Shown: piece by piece, positions 42,536 to 53,400 of the stretch | Numbering within the stretch: the stretch's first letter is position 1 | Layout: the number at the start of each line of letters is the position of its first letter | Source of the DNA: Tolypothrix carrinoi HA7290-LM1 | GTDB taxonomy: Bacteria; Cyanobacteriota; Cyanobacteriia; Cyanobacteriales; Nostocaceae | Assembly (NCBI GenBank): GCA_019358935.1 | Contig: JAHHIK010000007.1 | Coordinates: 1-64,000 of the forward strand | Direction: 5' to 3' | DNA: 64,000 nucleotides | Notes under the pieces: model-generated | Databases searched by the model: none | Seen by the model: the letters and a program-made list of their open reading frames with translations, nothing else | What the model was told of the DNA's origin: nothing | Program-made: the position numbers and the translations under genes

Positions 42536-43114
42536 ATGATGCCCGAATTTGAATTAGGAGAGGATACCAGCCAAGAATCAAATTATCCAATCCAAGAAGA
42601 TACTGCATTTACCCCCGATGAAATCGAAGCTATTAAAGCCTACAAAGATAATCTCACCCGAAAACTAAGCAAAAATCGAAGTATTTTAAAGGGATTAGAA
42701 ACAAGCTTTTGGGGAATTACTTCCTACAGTTTAGCTAGATTTTTGATTCTTACCAGTGGTACTCAAGGAATAGCATTAGCAATAGCATCAATCCTCCTAA
42801 TCAATCAAATAACCAATAGAGAAGTATTTGATGAGATAAATATTAATCGCAAAGATGGACAATGGTCAGCTGACAATATGGGTAAACTTATCAAATTTGG
42901 ATTCTCAACCTTAGTCACTGCATTTGTAATGTGGAGTGCCTTGGGTAGTTTTTTGAACATTGTTAACTCATCAAAACAAACCTACAACCAATTGCAGGAT
43001 ACCGTTACAGCTTTTAATAAGCTACCCGAAGACAAGCAAAATGGATTTATTATTGTAGGTGGTTTACTCGTCTTAGCTGGTATCTACACGATTATTGACT
43101 CAAAAAGAAGATAA
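42536..43114 (+). CDS. Multi-pass membrane protein
   Basis: Three to four hydrophobic segments; abuts the ATPase gene. Confidence 0.78.
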   Translation: MMPEFELGEDTSQESNYPIQEDTAFTPDEIEAIKAYKDNLTRKLSKNRSILKGLETSFWGITSYSLARFLILTSGTQGIALAIASILLINQITNREVFDEININRKDGQWSADNMGKLIKFGFSTLVTAFVMWSALGSFLNIVNSSKQTYNQLQDTVTAFNKLPEDKQNGFIIVGGLLVLAGIYTIIDSKRR

Positions 43115-44564
43115 GATGAAAGTCTACTCAGGGTTAACAGTTATCGGGGTAACAATTGCTTTATCAAGTGCGATGTATTTAAGCCAGTCTAATCGTCCAC
43201 ATGACTTAGTAGCAATTAAATTCTGCCCGAAAACTGCCAACTTACCACCTCGCTACGGTGAAGAATTTAGTCAACGTTCCCAAGAAAGTTTAGATAAAAA
43301 GTATTGCGACTACGAGCATAAATTGCTCAAAGAGATATGGTCACAAAAGCAATTTGAATCGTCTACACCATTACCAGAATCATCATTCAGCATTCGTCAT
43401 ATCCCTGCTAGTAATAAGAATGCGATTTGGTTTTTAGTTGCTCCCATAGCTTCTGGAATCGCTTATTTAAGTTGGACTAAAAAGGCAGAAATAGACGAAC
43501 TCTCAGCACATTCTGAATTAGAAGCGTATAAAAGTTGTATTAAATTAACCACAGTCTCTAATCAAAATGAGAGAGAATTTAAGACGCTTCAAACTAATCA
43601 AACATGGGATAAACAAAAAGTTAAGCATGGTTTTATATCCATTGAAGCAATGCAAGATAAGTTAAAGCGCTCCTCTCTTATACAGGATAAAACCCACGCT
43701 TCTACGATAAAACAGTTTGACTTAGCTGATTCCGATATGGATAAAAAGATTGCTGAAAACTTGCGGGATAAACACAAAGCTGAAGCAGATACCCAAAAGA
43801 TATTAGGGAAAAAATCTGATAGTGATTCAGAAATATCAAGTAACCCAAATTCCTATATCCAAGAAAGGGTAAATCAACTATTAGAAGCCTTAAAACAATG
43901 GGAGGATGGTTGGTTATACACAATTATCAAAAATAACAAACCTTTGTGGTTAATTGGTTCCCAAGGCAGCGGTAAAACCAACACAGCAGGGTGTATTGCA
44001 ATCATCCGTAAATATTGCTTTGATGCTCCAATATACCAGCTTATCGACCGTCACGCTACTGGTGAGAATTGGCAAGTGTGGCAATTATTAGATACACAAA
44101 TTAAAGCAGAATCTGAATCCGAAATCGGACAGGCTTTAGAGGATGCTTGTGAGCGTTGGTTAATGAGAATTAAAGAAGTACCGAAACAAAAGCAACAGCT
44201 AGTTATTGATGAATTTACCAATCTCAAAAAAATCCCATCTTGTAAAGAGTCAGCTATGAAGTTTTTCTCCATGCACCTGACTGATACCAGAAAAGCGAAA
44301 GAGTTTTTTATTGGCATCAATCATTATTTTACCAATGAAAGCACAGTGGAAGGCACATTTGAAGCACGTAAGGCTGGCACGATTCAAATCAAAAAGTTTT
44401 CTGCAAATGGCGAAACACCATTATCAAGAGTACAAATTGTACATGGTTTGGTGGATAGCAATGGTAACGAATTAGAAGAAGTTGAACAAACACTCCCTAG
44501 TTGGTTTGAGGCAGTACAAATTTACAACCATTTCAACGGTAAACCAATCGATTTTGAGGGATAA
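42773..44564 (+). repeat. Long direct repeat, copy 2
   Basis: Matches 1-1792. Confidence 0.95.
43116..44564 (+). CDS. Membrane-anchored P-loop ATPase, FtsK/HerA/VirB4-like, copy 2
   Basis: Same motifs as 344-1792; frame intact in both diverged copies. Confidence 0.75.
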   Translation: MKVYSGLTVIGVTIALSSAMYLSQSNRPHDLVAIKFCPKTANLPPRYGEEFSQRSQESLDKKYCDYEHKLLKEIWSQKQFESSTPLPESSFSIRHIPASNKNAIWFLVAPIASGIAYLSWTKKAEIDELSAHSELEAYKSCIKLTTVSNQNEREFKTLQTNQTWDKQKVKHGFISIEAMQDKLKRSSLIQDKTHASTIKQFDLADSDMDKKIAENLRDKHKAEADTQKILGKKSDSDSEISSNPNSYIQERVNQLLEALKQWEDGWLYTIIKNNKPLWLIGSQGSGKTNTAGCIAIIRKYCFDAPIYQLIDRHATGENWQVWQLLDTQIKAESESEIGQALEDACERWLMRIKEVPKQKQQLVIDEFTNLKKIPSCKESAMKFFSMHLTDTRKAKEFFIGINHYFTNESTVEGTFEARKAGTIQIKKFSANGETPLSRVQIVHGLVDSNGNELEEVEQTLPSWFEAVQIYNHFNGKPIDFEG

Positions 44565-44609
44565 CTAATGAATAAACAACAATTATAATAAGATGATAGG
44601 GAATTAATT

Positions 44610-44831
44610 ATGCGATTAGAACCACTTTATCAACAAGACCGGGAACAAGCCAAACTCGAAGGAGAACGCCTTGTTGTCGAAAACTTACTACGAGTTCGCT
44701 TTGGTTCATTAGATAACGAATTAAGCGCAATTATTTCACCATTATTAGCTTTATTGCCAGAAGAGTTTACCCCATTACTAATGCAGTTATCGCGGTCGGA
44801 ATTAATTGCTATGTTTGGTGGACAATCTTAA
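44610..44831 (+). CDS. Stand-alone Rpn/DUF4351-like C-terminal domain
   Basis: DDRELI|MRLEPLYQQ...VVENLLRVRFGSLD...LSRSEL. Confidence 0.6.
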   Translation: MRLEPLYQQDREQAKLEGERLVVENLLRVRFGSLDNELSAIISPLLALLPEEFTPLLMQLSRSELIAMFGGQS

Positions 44832-45024
44832 TATTTAATTGGTCAGTTGTAACAAAAGCGAAAATTCAGAAAAATAGCCATGTCGGAGATATTATCCCCG
44901 ACATTTTTAATGCACTAATAATCACCAAATACTTTAGGTAGAATAAACCCAACAAGCAACGGGTGACGATGCAGATAAGCGCTCTTGCTTATAACTAAAA
45001 ACTAAAAACTTTTTCTAATTACAA

Positions 45025-45345
45025 CTAATAATTAATTCCTAATTCTTTCCACAGAGACAATTGTCCAGGTGAAATATTCCCCTTTCTTCGACAGTGATAT
45101 AATAAATGACAACTGGTGCAGACAGCACAAAGATTTTCTAATCTGTTGTCTTCGGGCGTGAAGTTTTTGTGATGGACTGTAAGTGTTAAAGCCATTCTTT
45201 CAGAACGAGAAAGCCCCTTTGTGCTATCACCTGGACGGATGCATTGTAAGTTGCATTTAGAACATTTCCAATCTGCGGATTGTTTGACCTCTAACGCGAT
45301 ATCTGCCCAATTCTCTGGGTATCTGTTATGGGATTTTTTCAACAT
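45025..45345 (-). CDS. HNH endonuclease
   Basis: CSKC...LTVHHKNFTPEDNRLENLCAVCTSCH. Confidence 0.88.
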   Translation of the reverse strand: MLKKSHNRYPENWADIALEVKQSADWKCSKCNLQCIRPGDSTKGLSRSERMALTLTVHHKNFTPEDNRLENLCAVCTSCHLLYHCRRKGNISPGQLSLWKELGINY

Positions 45346-45347
45346 CT

Positions 45348-45956
45348 TTATGTTACTGGGTGATATAGTCCCGTCTTCTCGTTAAATTCCCACCCAATGC
45401 CTGAACTATCCTTACGCTTAGACCACCCGACAAAAAGCGGTGGTGGCTGGCTACTTCTCTCTTTGCGTACAGTTTCTACATTTACACCCAATCTTTTCGC
45501 TAAATTGTCTTCTGTTAATGGCTGAATTTTAACACTTTGCCCTTGATAATAAGAATTGTTGTACGATTTATTTCGCTTCGGTTGGTTGTTGAGTCCTGTT
45601 TGAATTTGGATAATAGCATCGGCAAATTGTGCCATTCGGGTTGTAATAAAGTCGATTTTTTGTTCTAGATCAACGAGACGTTTGGTTTCGAGCGTTTCAT
45701 TGCGAGGCTCCTCACCCAACAATTGCGACTCCAAGTTATCAAGTCGTTCGTAAATTGCCCCTACTGTTTGACTTGTGGCATTGTATGTGCTGTCACTGCT
45801 GTTATCCAACGCCAATATTAATTCATCCAAACCTTGAAGTACCTCACTTGTGCGTCCCTGTCGGTGCAACCGGGATAATTCCCTAACTGCGGGAATTAGG
45901 GGAGTGGGGACACGCACCATTGCACTTGGTTTATTATCATCGACCGTTTCGGACAT
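45348..45956 (-). CDS. Plasmid hypothetical protein (coiled coil, C-terminal HTH-like)
   Basis: MVRVPTPL N-terminus, LAKRLGVNVETV near the C-terminus. Confidence 0.7.
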   Translation of the reverse strand: MSETVDDNKPSAMVRVPTPLIPAVRELSRLHRQGRTSEVLQGLDELILALDNSSDSTYNATSQTVGAIYERLDNLESQLLGEEPRNETLETKRLVDLEQKIDFITTRMAQFADAIIQIQTGLNNQPKRNKSYNNSYYQGQSVKIQPLTEDNLAKRLGVNVETVRKERSSQPPPLFVGWSKRKDSSGIGWEFNEKTGLYHPVT

Positions 45957-46109
45957 GTTGATATCGCCATTGATAGCATCGCTATCGATATCGAATCTTA
46001 TTGCATTGATATCACAATATCAGGAATTGGATGCTTAAAGCATTATTTGATTAACTGTAGGAGCGGGACTCAACCAGGGGATGGTGAGCAATTTCGCGCC
46101 TAATAAAGG

Positions 46110-46183
46110 GGCAATCTCTTCAATCATCCGGTCAGTAAATTATCTCCATCATTGCTTGCTTTCGGCTCTCTTGGCTACCCGAC
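46110..46183. repeat. 74-bp direct repeat, copy A (copy B at 59776-59849)
   Basis: 65/74 identical by my alignment. Confidence 0.8.
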
Positions 46184-46499
46184 CACGGTGATATCAGTAG
46201 TAATGGATACTGTTGTCTAAGTGTTACAACTCCTCATACAGGCGTGTTGCAGTTCTAAAGGAGCAACAAGAAATTAAAAATTTCATTGTTTGTAATTAAG
46301 TAAGAATGTGTAAATTAGTCAGATTTACGTAAAAGTTTGTGTATGTAAATGTAACTTTTTCAATTTAATAGTTTAGGGCTCAAAACCGTTGTGATGGTTG
46401 TGCGAGTCCGACGTTTCTGGAACAAAACTACCCATGAAGTTCAGTTTTATTTGACTAGTTTAGACAGTGACGCGCTTATTCTGGGACGGGCTATCCGTT

Positions 46500-46716
46500 G
46501 ACAAATTTGCAATTACCTTAACCTCTCACCGATGGGATGCGGGCTGTAAACTGTTATATTTACCCCCCTATTCACCAGACTTTAACAAAATTGAGCAATG
46601 CTGGTTTTGCTTAAAGAGTCGAATCCGCAAAAAACGATTGGCAGTTCGATTGTTTACGAGATGCCCCACTCGGATGTCTTGCGTTTCGCGTCTTAACAGC
46701 CTTGGTGGTTGCTATA
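46500..46716 (+). mobile_element. IS630-family remnant
   Basis: LLYLPPYSPDFNKIEQCW; ends ...GTTGCTATA. Confidence 0.75.
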
Positions 46717-46754
46717 CATCCTCCAGCGCTGGAATGAAGGTTGTTTCGCTACAC

Positions 46755-47933
46755 CTAGAAAATATCTGCCGGATCTGCGGAGCGGAGTTTGTTCATAGCC
46801 AGCAACCCAGAAGTCATACACATTAAAATTGTTGATATTAAGATAATTAATATATTATTCCAGTTCATCATAATTGGTAATTTAGTGGCTTTCATGGTGA
46901 AATCATATATGCCTAAAGAAATAGCAAATCCAGGTATATAACCCAAAATTGCCAATATAAAACCCTGTTGAAATACCACATTTAATAAATAATTATCTTC
47001 ATAGCCTATAGCTTTTAAAGTAGCATAAGCAGTCATTTGAGTGGAGATATTACTATAAAGAATTTGATAGACAATGACCACACCAATTACAAAACCCATT
47101 GTGAGCATGAGGTTAAATATAAAACCAATGGGCGTTCTGGTCGCCCAATATTTTTTTTCAAAATTTTGAAATTCTTGCTTTGTAAAGATTAGGACATCAT
47201 TAACTAAATTGGTTCGCAGATTTTCTAAAATTTTTTGCGGTTCGACACCAGGAGCGAGAGTTATTGCACCCACATCTATCATTTCTGAAGTCCGGTTGTT
47301 TAGAAATATCCTGAGGAAAGTTGAGTCACTGACAATTAAATTACCATCTACTCCAAAAGAAGGACCTAAACTGAATAAACCACCAACTCTCATTCTATAA
47401 CCAGTGACTGAATTAAAGGGAAATATTTCAACTATTTGCTCAGTACTTTCCGACTCAAATCTCTCAGCGACTGGTCCAAACTCCGGTCGAGAATTTCGGT
47501 CAAACAGTACCACATCAGAAATTTTAATTTTTTCTAAATTCCCCTCAATTTCTGGTAAATTTATACCTACCTTTCCCGGTTCAATACCAATAACATATAT
47601 TGAGTATTTCTCACCGTTTACAGGATTTTTAAATTTGGCAAATCCCAAATACATAGGACTGATTGACTCTACACCATAAAATCCCAAGGCTTGATATAAA
47701 CGAGTCCGAGAAAAGCTTTGATTTGCAGTCAAAGATTTATATTGAGAACTGACTAAAAATAGATCTCCTCGGAGACTCTGATGCACCTGAGTAGCACTTG
47801 AATAGAGAGCATTTTGGATGCCAAGTTGTACAAACATTAGAATCACAATAAAACCAATGCCAGCCACAGCCATTAAAAAACGAACTTTGTCTCGGACTAG
47901 TTGTAGCCAAGCTAAGGGAATTCTAAAAACCAT
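46755..47933 (-). CDS. devC: DevC-type ABC exporter permease
   Basis: IPLAWLQL, FVQLG, SFGVDGN, IVYQILY, YATLKAIGY, ADPADIF. Confidence 0.92.
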   Translation of the reverse strand: MVFRIPLAWLQLVRDKVRFLMAVAGIGFIVILMFVQLGIQNALYSSATQVHQSLRGDLFLVSSQYKSLTANQSFSRTRLYQALGFYGVESISPMYLGFAKFKNPVNGEKYSIYVIGIEPGKVGINLPEIEGNLEKIKISDVVLFDRNSRPEFGPVAERFESESTEQIVEIFPFNSVTGYRMRVGGLFSLGPSFGVDGNLIVSDSTFLRIFLNNRTSEMIDVGAITLAPGVEPQKILENLRTNLVNDVLIFTKQEFQNFEKKYWATRTPIGFIFNLMLTMGFVIGVVIVYQILYSNISTQMTAYATLKAIGYEDNYLLNVVFQQGFILAILGYIPGFAISLGIYDFTMKATKLPIMMNWNNILIILISTILMCMTSGLLAMNKLRSADPADIF

Positions 47934-47975
47934 GATTTCAGTCTGTGATTCTTTTAACAGTGTCTTCAATGGCAA

Positions 47976-49172
47976 TTATATTTGAATGGCAACATCCACC
48001 TGTAAGTTGGTTAAACCTGCGACCCGTTGACTATCCTCTAGATTATCGATGCGAATTTTCACCTCAATGACTCTGCGGTCTGTGTCTACTCCGGGATTAA
48101 GACTTAAAATACTCTGTTTACTAACTTGCAAACCAATCTCACTCACTGTTCCCCACAATTTTTTAGTAAACGCAGTACTAGTAATGGTGGCTTTTTGACC
48201 TAGACGCACTTTCTCTATATCAGTTTGATAAACTTCTGCAACCACATACATTTGAGATGTTTTGCCTATCTCAACAATCCCTGAATTACCAATCACTTCT
48301 CCTGTTTTGGTATGAACTTTCAAAATTTTTCCATTTATAGGAGATGTGACATAGGTTAAATCTCGTTCTGCTTTTGCTTGTGTGACTGCAGTTATGGTAC
48401 TATTAAGTTCCGCTTGTGCGACTTGGACATCTACATTACGCACCTCGCTAATGCTTGCTAGTCTGGCTTGTGCCTCCTTTATCTGGTCGCCAAGCGTGTT
48501 CACAGTCTTGTTTAGGTTTGCCTTGGCTTCTGTGAGTTGCTGTTGCACCGTCAGAAGTTGTAAACGCTTGCTATCTGCAATAGAAGCTGAAATGGCACCT
48601 TGAGAATATAACTGCTGATACCGATTGTTCTCGGTTTGAGCATTGTCTAACTCAGCTTGCAAGCGGGCGATTGTTGCTTGTTGAGTGGTCACTTCTCCTT
48701 TTAATTGAGTTTCTAAACGGGCGAGTGTTGCTTTTTGAGCCGAAATGTCTCCAGATTTTGCTCCGGCTTTGACCTGAGCTAGTCGAGCTTGAGCAACTCT
48801 AACTTTGTCTTGTGCCTGTTGCAGTGCCGCTGTCGCTCTGGCATAATCTTGGAGTAACGCCACTATTTGCCCTGCCCGAACTGTGTCTCCTTCTTTGATC
48901 AACAGTTTTTCTACTCGGTTCCCAGAGAGTGAACTGGGGGCAGATAATTGAGTCACTTCGCCTTGAGGCTCTAGGCGTCCCAAGGCAGTAATAGCAACTC
49001 TGACAGGAGCTGCTTTATGGGATTTTAATGGGTGAGTCTGAATATTAGACCGATATTGTGAAAAAATGTAGACAGATGAGACTCCTATGGCTAATGCGAT
49101 AAAAGCTGCCGATATTATTCGCCATCGACCTGAAGATTTTTCAAGTAATCGGCTTTCTTTGTCCGCTGCCAT
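47976..49172 (-). CDS. devB: DevB-type membrane fusion protein
   Basis: ALGRLEPQGEV, MYVVAEVYQTDI, DRRVIEVKIR, LTNLQVDV. Confidence 0.92.
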   Translation of the reverse strand: MAADKESRLLEKSSGRWRIISAAFIALAIGVSSVYIFSQYRSNIQTHPLKSHKAAPVRVAITALGRLEPQGEVTQLSAPSSLSGNRVEKLLIKEGDTVRAGQIVALLQDYARATAALQQAQDKVRVAQARLAQVKAGAKSGDISAQKATLARLETQLKGEVTTQQATIARLQAELDNAQTENNRYQQLYSQGAISASIADSKRLQLLTVQQQLTEAKANLNKTVNTLGDQIKEAQARLASISEVRNVDVQVAQAELNSTITAVTQAKAERDLTYVTSPINGKILKVHTKTGEVIGNSGIVEIGKTSQMYVVAEVYQTDIEKVRLGQKATITSTAFTKKLWGTVSEIGLQVSKQSILSLNPGVDTDRRVIEVKIRIDNLEDSQRVAGLTNLQVDVAIQI

Positions 49173-49273
49173 ATTTTCATCCCAATCTTACTACGCTAAT
49201 GTGGCTGCAACCGGGCTTATAAATGTCTCTATAAGCATTAATTCTCAAAATACCACCAACTAGTCCCGTTGCC

Positions 49274-49307
49274 AGATCCCCGACAACTTTGGCGAAGTCG
49301 GGGATCT
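49274..49307. repeat. REP-like palindrome
   Basis: AGATCCCCGAC-N12-GTCGGGGATCT. Confidence 0.7.
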
Positions 49308-49328
49308 AACCACTGAAGCACTAGGAGC

Positions 49329-50396
49329 CTAAAAACTTACGAGAATTCGCCGCTGCTGACCTCGAAACGGCTTGCGTCCATGTCCAAATCGAAAATTATC
49401 AAGAAACAAAACATCTCCTTGCTGCCAGTTGAAGACAATAGTTTCAGCGATGACAGCATCCCATATTGCTTCAATATCTTTGCGTGTAAAAGGAGTACCA
49501 TTGCCAAGGGTACAATTCCAATAAATATTACCGGGAGCATACCACTTTTGGAAAAATAAAAGTACTGGAAGCATCTTGCTCCCTAATTTTAGTAGTAATG
49601 GGCTAGAAGCTGTCGCTATAAACCTAAGGATTGGAGATGCTTTCATTTTATCTGAATTGACAGATGCTACTAAATCACCAAGAAATTCCTGTGGTGTAAT
49701 CCGCAGTGAGTGTTCCTGTCTTGAGGAGTGATAGCTAGTAATTTGATTAACCCAAAGTTCTTCCCCTGTGTGTGGATGGCGACGAATACCTTCTACGGTG
49801 TTAGTAATCACCATGATTTCGCCGTTACTTTCCCAAGTACAGTTAAAACCCATTGCCTTGCACCTTTCTTCGGCAATACGGGTATTTTCAGTTTTGAAAG
49901 ATTGACTCCAACCTTTTAAGTAACTTCCACTTTCTTTCGGTAAGCGTCGGATATAGCGAACGCCGTGAGTACGTATGGCATCCACAAGTTGATTTGGTAG
50001 CCGTTGCAAAACACGCCGACAGTCGCAGATTGGTGTCTGTCCCCCTACCTCTGCTGTTTCTAAACAGAAAAAAAGTATTCGCTCGGGAGGCTTATCAGAA
50101 TACCCCATTTCATTGTGAATAGGAAAGGTGACTGCTGGAGGGAATTCACTTGAATTGTATACTAAGCCTTTCACTGGCTGGCGAACTATAGTGCCACCCA
50201 TGTAATCCGTTGGGGTAGTGATAAACTGTGCTGCGACATCTGCAAAATCTTCAGCAGTTTTTAACGGAAAACCCCGCAGTAAAACGGCTCCATGCTCTGC
50301 AAATATTGAGTTGATTTGACTGACAGCATCTTTGTTTAAGAAATGCTCGCCAATCTCCTCAAAATTTAGTTGAAATGGAATAGTGATGGTTTTCAT
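49329..50396 (-). CDS. TauD/TfdA (SyrP-like) Fe(II)/2-oxoglutarate dioxygenase
   Basis: GAVLLRGF, IHNEMGY (H-x-E), GGQTPICD, WQQGDVLFLDN...HGR. Confidence 0.88.
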   Translation of the reverse strand: MKTITIPFQLNFEEIGEHFLNKDAVSQINSIFAEHGAVLLRGFPLKTAEDFADVAAQFITTPTDYMGGTIVRQPVKGLVYNSSEFPPAVTFPIHNEMGYSDKPPERILFFCLETAEVGGQTPICDCRRVLQRLPNQLVDAIRTHGVRYIRRLPKESGSYLKGWSQSFKTENTRIAEERCKAMGFNCTWESNGEIMVITNTVEGIRRHPHTGEELWVNQITSYHSSRQEHSLRITPQEFLGDLVASVNSDKMKASPILRFIATASSPLLLKLGSKMLPVLLFFQKWYAPGNIYWNCTLGNGTPFTRKDIEAIWDAVIAETIVFNWQQGDVLFLDNFRFGHGRKPFRGQQRRILVSF

Positions 50397-50456
50397 GTAT
50401 ATATATTTCTCGTTTTTGCAACACAACCGCTAATTTTAAAAACAGTCTTTCAGAAA

Positions 50457-53400
50457 CTACTTGACAAGTGAACTCATAAGTGGTGTGAGTTCTTCAGAAA
50501 TTGCTTGCAAAAGCAGCTGTTGATCGCTGTGCAGGAATAGATGATTGCCGCTGAACATTTGCAGCTTAAACGTGCTGCGAGTTTGTTCGCGCCAAGCCGA
50601 AAGGAGATCTTCGGTTATCACCTTGTCTTGCGTCCCTCCAAACACAGAAATGGGACAATCCAGTGGCTCTTCCTCTGTGTAGCTGTATCTCTCAGTCAAC
50701 AAAGTTACTTCCTTTAAAATCTGTGGTAACAATTCCACAAGTTCAGTCTTTTCCCAATACAATTGGAGTAAATCGTTGACAGATACTCCTTTGATCAACT
50801 CGAATTCAGAGAACTGCTCAACAGAAGGATGTAAATAGGGTAGCTGAGGAGCTTGTGAAGCACCAATGAACAAGTGAGCCGGAATTTTACCATTTTCGCG
50901 GCGCAACTGACGGGCGAGTTCAAAGCTGACCAATGCCCCCAAACTGTGACCATAGAAAACGAATGGTTTGTCCAGATAAGGAAGCACAACTTGTGCCAAG
51001 GTTTCCACAATAGAGGTTAGCTCGTCGAATGACTGTTCGCCCAAAAAGTCTTTATTTCCGGGAAGCTTAACGGCACAAACTTCTACATCTGATGGTAAGT
51101 CATCTGACCAAGGAAGAAATACTGAGGAACTGCCCCCAAGGTACGGGAAGCAGAACAGACGCAAGCAGGCATCCGGATTTGGTTTGGGGAAAACGAGCCA
51201 ATCGGTTGGAACTGCTGTCACTGAGGGAGGTAATTGTGTCTGGGAAGTTGTTGCGGTAGTCAAGGAAGTTTCCATCAGTTGCTCAACAAGCTCCACTGCT
51301 AGTTGGGAAATGCTTGGACCCTGCATGAGTTTCATTGTGGGTACACTCACACCCAAAACGCTCTCGATTCGGTTACTCAGTTCCACTCCCATTAAGGAGT
51401 CAAGTCCCAGATTGGTCAGCGGTTTTGATCTGTCTAGCTTGGCGGGAGAAGTTCCTAATACCCGTGCAACTTGTTTTTGCAGATGAGATTCCAAAATCTG
51501 CTGGCGCTCCGCCGGTTTTGCTACCAGAACGGTGTTGCGCAGCGAATCTCTTTCGCTATTGCGCCCGTCCGCCTTTCCTAGAACAGTTGCTTCGTTGACT
51601 AGGTGAGAAAATCGCGCTGATGCGCCAGCCGGGTAAATCTCGCCCCACCGCTGCCAGTTAACTGGCGCTACCCCTGTCTGGACTGCCTCAAGGAGGAGCA
51701 ATTGTCCCAGTATCTGTAGTGCTTCCTGCGACGGCAAAGCTTTCATTCCAATCTGCTCTAAATACTGACCTACGACGGTATTCTGAGCGACATAACCAAC
51801 ATCTGCGATCGCACCCCAGTTGACGGTCAGGGCTGGTAGTCCTTGGGCACGGCGGTGATGTGCCAGCGTATCAAGAAAAGTATTGGCAGCCACATAATTT
51901 CCCTGTCCTGCATTTCCAATAATGGAACTAAAGGAGGAAAATGACACGAAGAAATCTAAGGGTGCGTTCAAGGTGTGGGTATGTAAGTTCCAAGCTCCAA
52001 TTAGCTTGGGTGCGATCGCTTTCGCTAAGCGCTCTTGGTTGAGATCGAGCAAGGGAGCATCGTCCAGAACCATTGCCGCGTGAATAATGCCTCGCAACGG
52101 CGGCATAGACTGCTTAATGTCAGTCAGAACGCCCTTTACCTGCTCCTCCTGGGACACGTCTGCTTTAGCGACTACCACGCGAGCGCCTGCTGACTCTAAA
52201 ATTTTTACGGCTTCAGATGCTGCTGGAGAGGAAGCACCACTGCGACCCATCAGCACTAAGTGCCGCGCACCACCTTCCACCAACCACTGAGCTACTGCTA
52301 AACCAAAACCACCTAGTCCACCGGTAATTAGGTAGGTTCCGTCAGGGCGAAAAGTGACCGTTTCTTCAGATGAGGGAGCTACCGTTACATCTGGCTCTTG
52401 CAACGATACGACAATCTTGCCGATGTGCTTCGCTTGTGCCATGTAGCGGAAGGCGCTTATCACCCGAGATATTGGGAAGACCCGGTGAGGAAGCGGGTGA
52501 AAGGTTTTCGCCTCAAAATATTGCATGACTTCGCCCAATAAGGAGCCAGCTTTATCTGGGCGATCACTTAACAGCTTGTCCAAATCTACCGCAAAGAAGG
52601 ACAAATTATTTTGAAAAGGTCGCAGACCCAGTTTGTTGTTCTGCTCGATATCACGCTTGCCGATTTCTATAAAACGTCCATAGGCTCCTAGCACAGAGAG
52701 GGTCTTAGGGATAGCCTCTCCCGCCAAAGAGTTGAGGACGATATCTACACCTTTACCACCAGTGATTTCCATCACCTGGGAGGCAAACGCTAAAGACCGG
52801 GAATCCATGACATGCTGTACGCCAAGCGATCGCAAAAATTCCCGTTTTTCTGGACTACCTGCCGTCGCGAAAATCTCTGCACCCACCAAGCGGGCAATTT
52901 GGATGGCAGCAAGACCCACACCGCCAGCCGCCGCGTGGATGAGAACCCGCTCACCCTTACAGATCTGCCCCAAGTAGTGCAAGGCGTAGTAAGCAGTCAG
53001 AAAAGTCACAGGGATTGTGGCGGCTTCCTCAAAACTGAGATGCGCGGGCTTATGCACTACAGCGCGGGCATCTGTTGTTGTATGCGTACTAAAGCTGTGA
53101 GGGGCACAAGCAATAACCTCATCACCTATCTTAAACTCTTCAACACCAGAGCCAATAGCGGTAACGATTCCGGCACATTCTATACCAAGCGATCGCCCGG
53201 AGAAAGTCCCCTCTAAACTAGCATCACTTAGCAAATTTATTGCCTTAGCAACATCCTTAAAGTTCAAACCTGTGGCGCAGACTTGAATCTCAACCGAGCC
53301 GGAGGCGGGTTCTTGGCGCGCGTAAGACCGCAGTTCCAAGTTATCCAGCACTCCAGGTGTAGAGATTTCCAAACGAAAGGGTTCTTGATTTTGGACAAGG

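Noticed and set aside
40416..44564. Filamentous prophage (pI-like ATPase plus small TM coat protein)
   Set aside because: No rolling-circle initiator or att-bounded unit is visible and the context is a plasmid replicase; not excluded without a profile search
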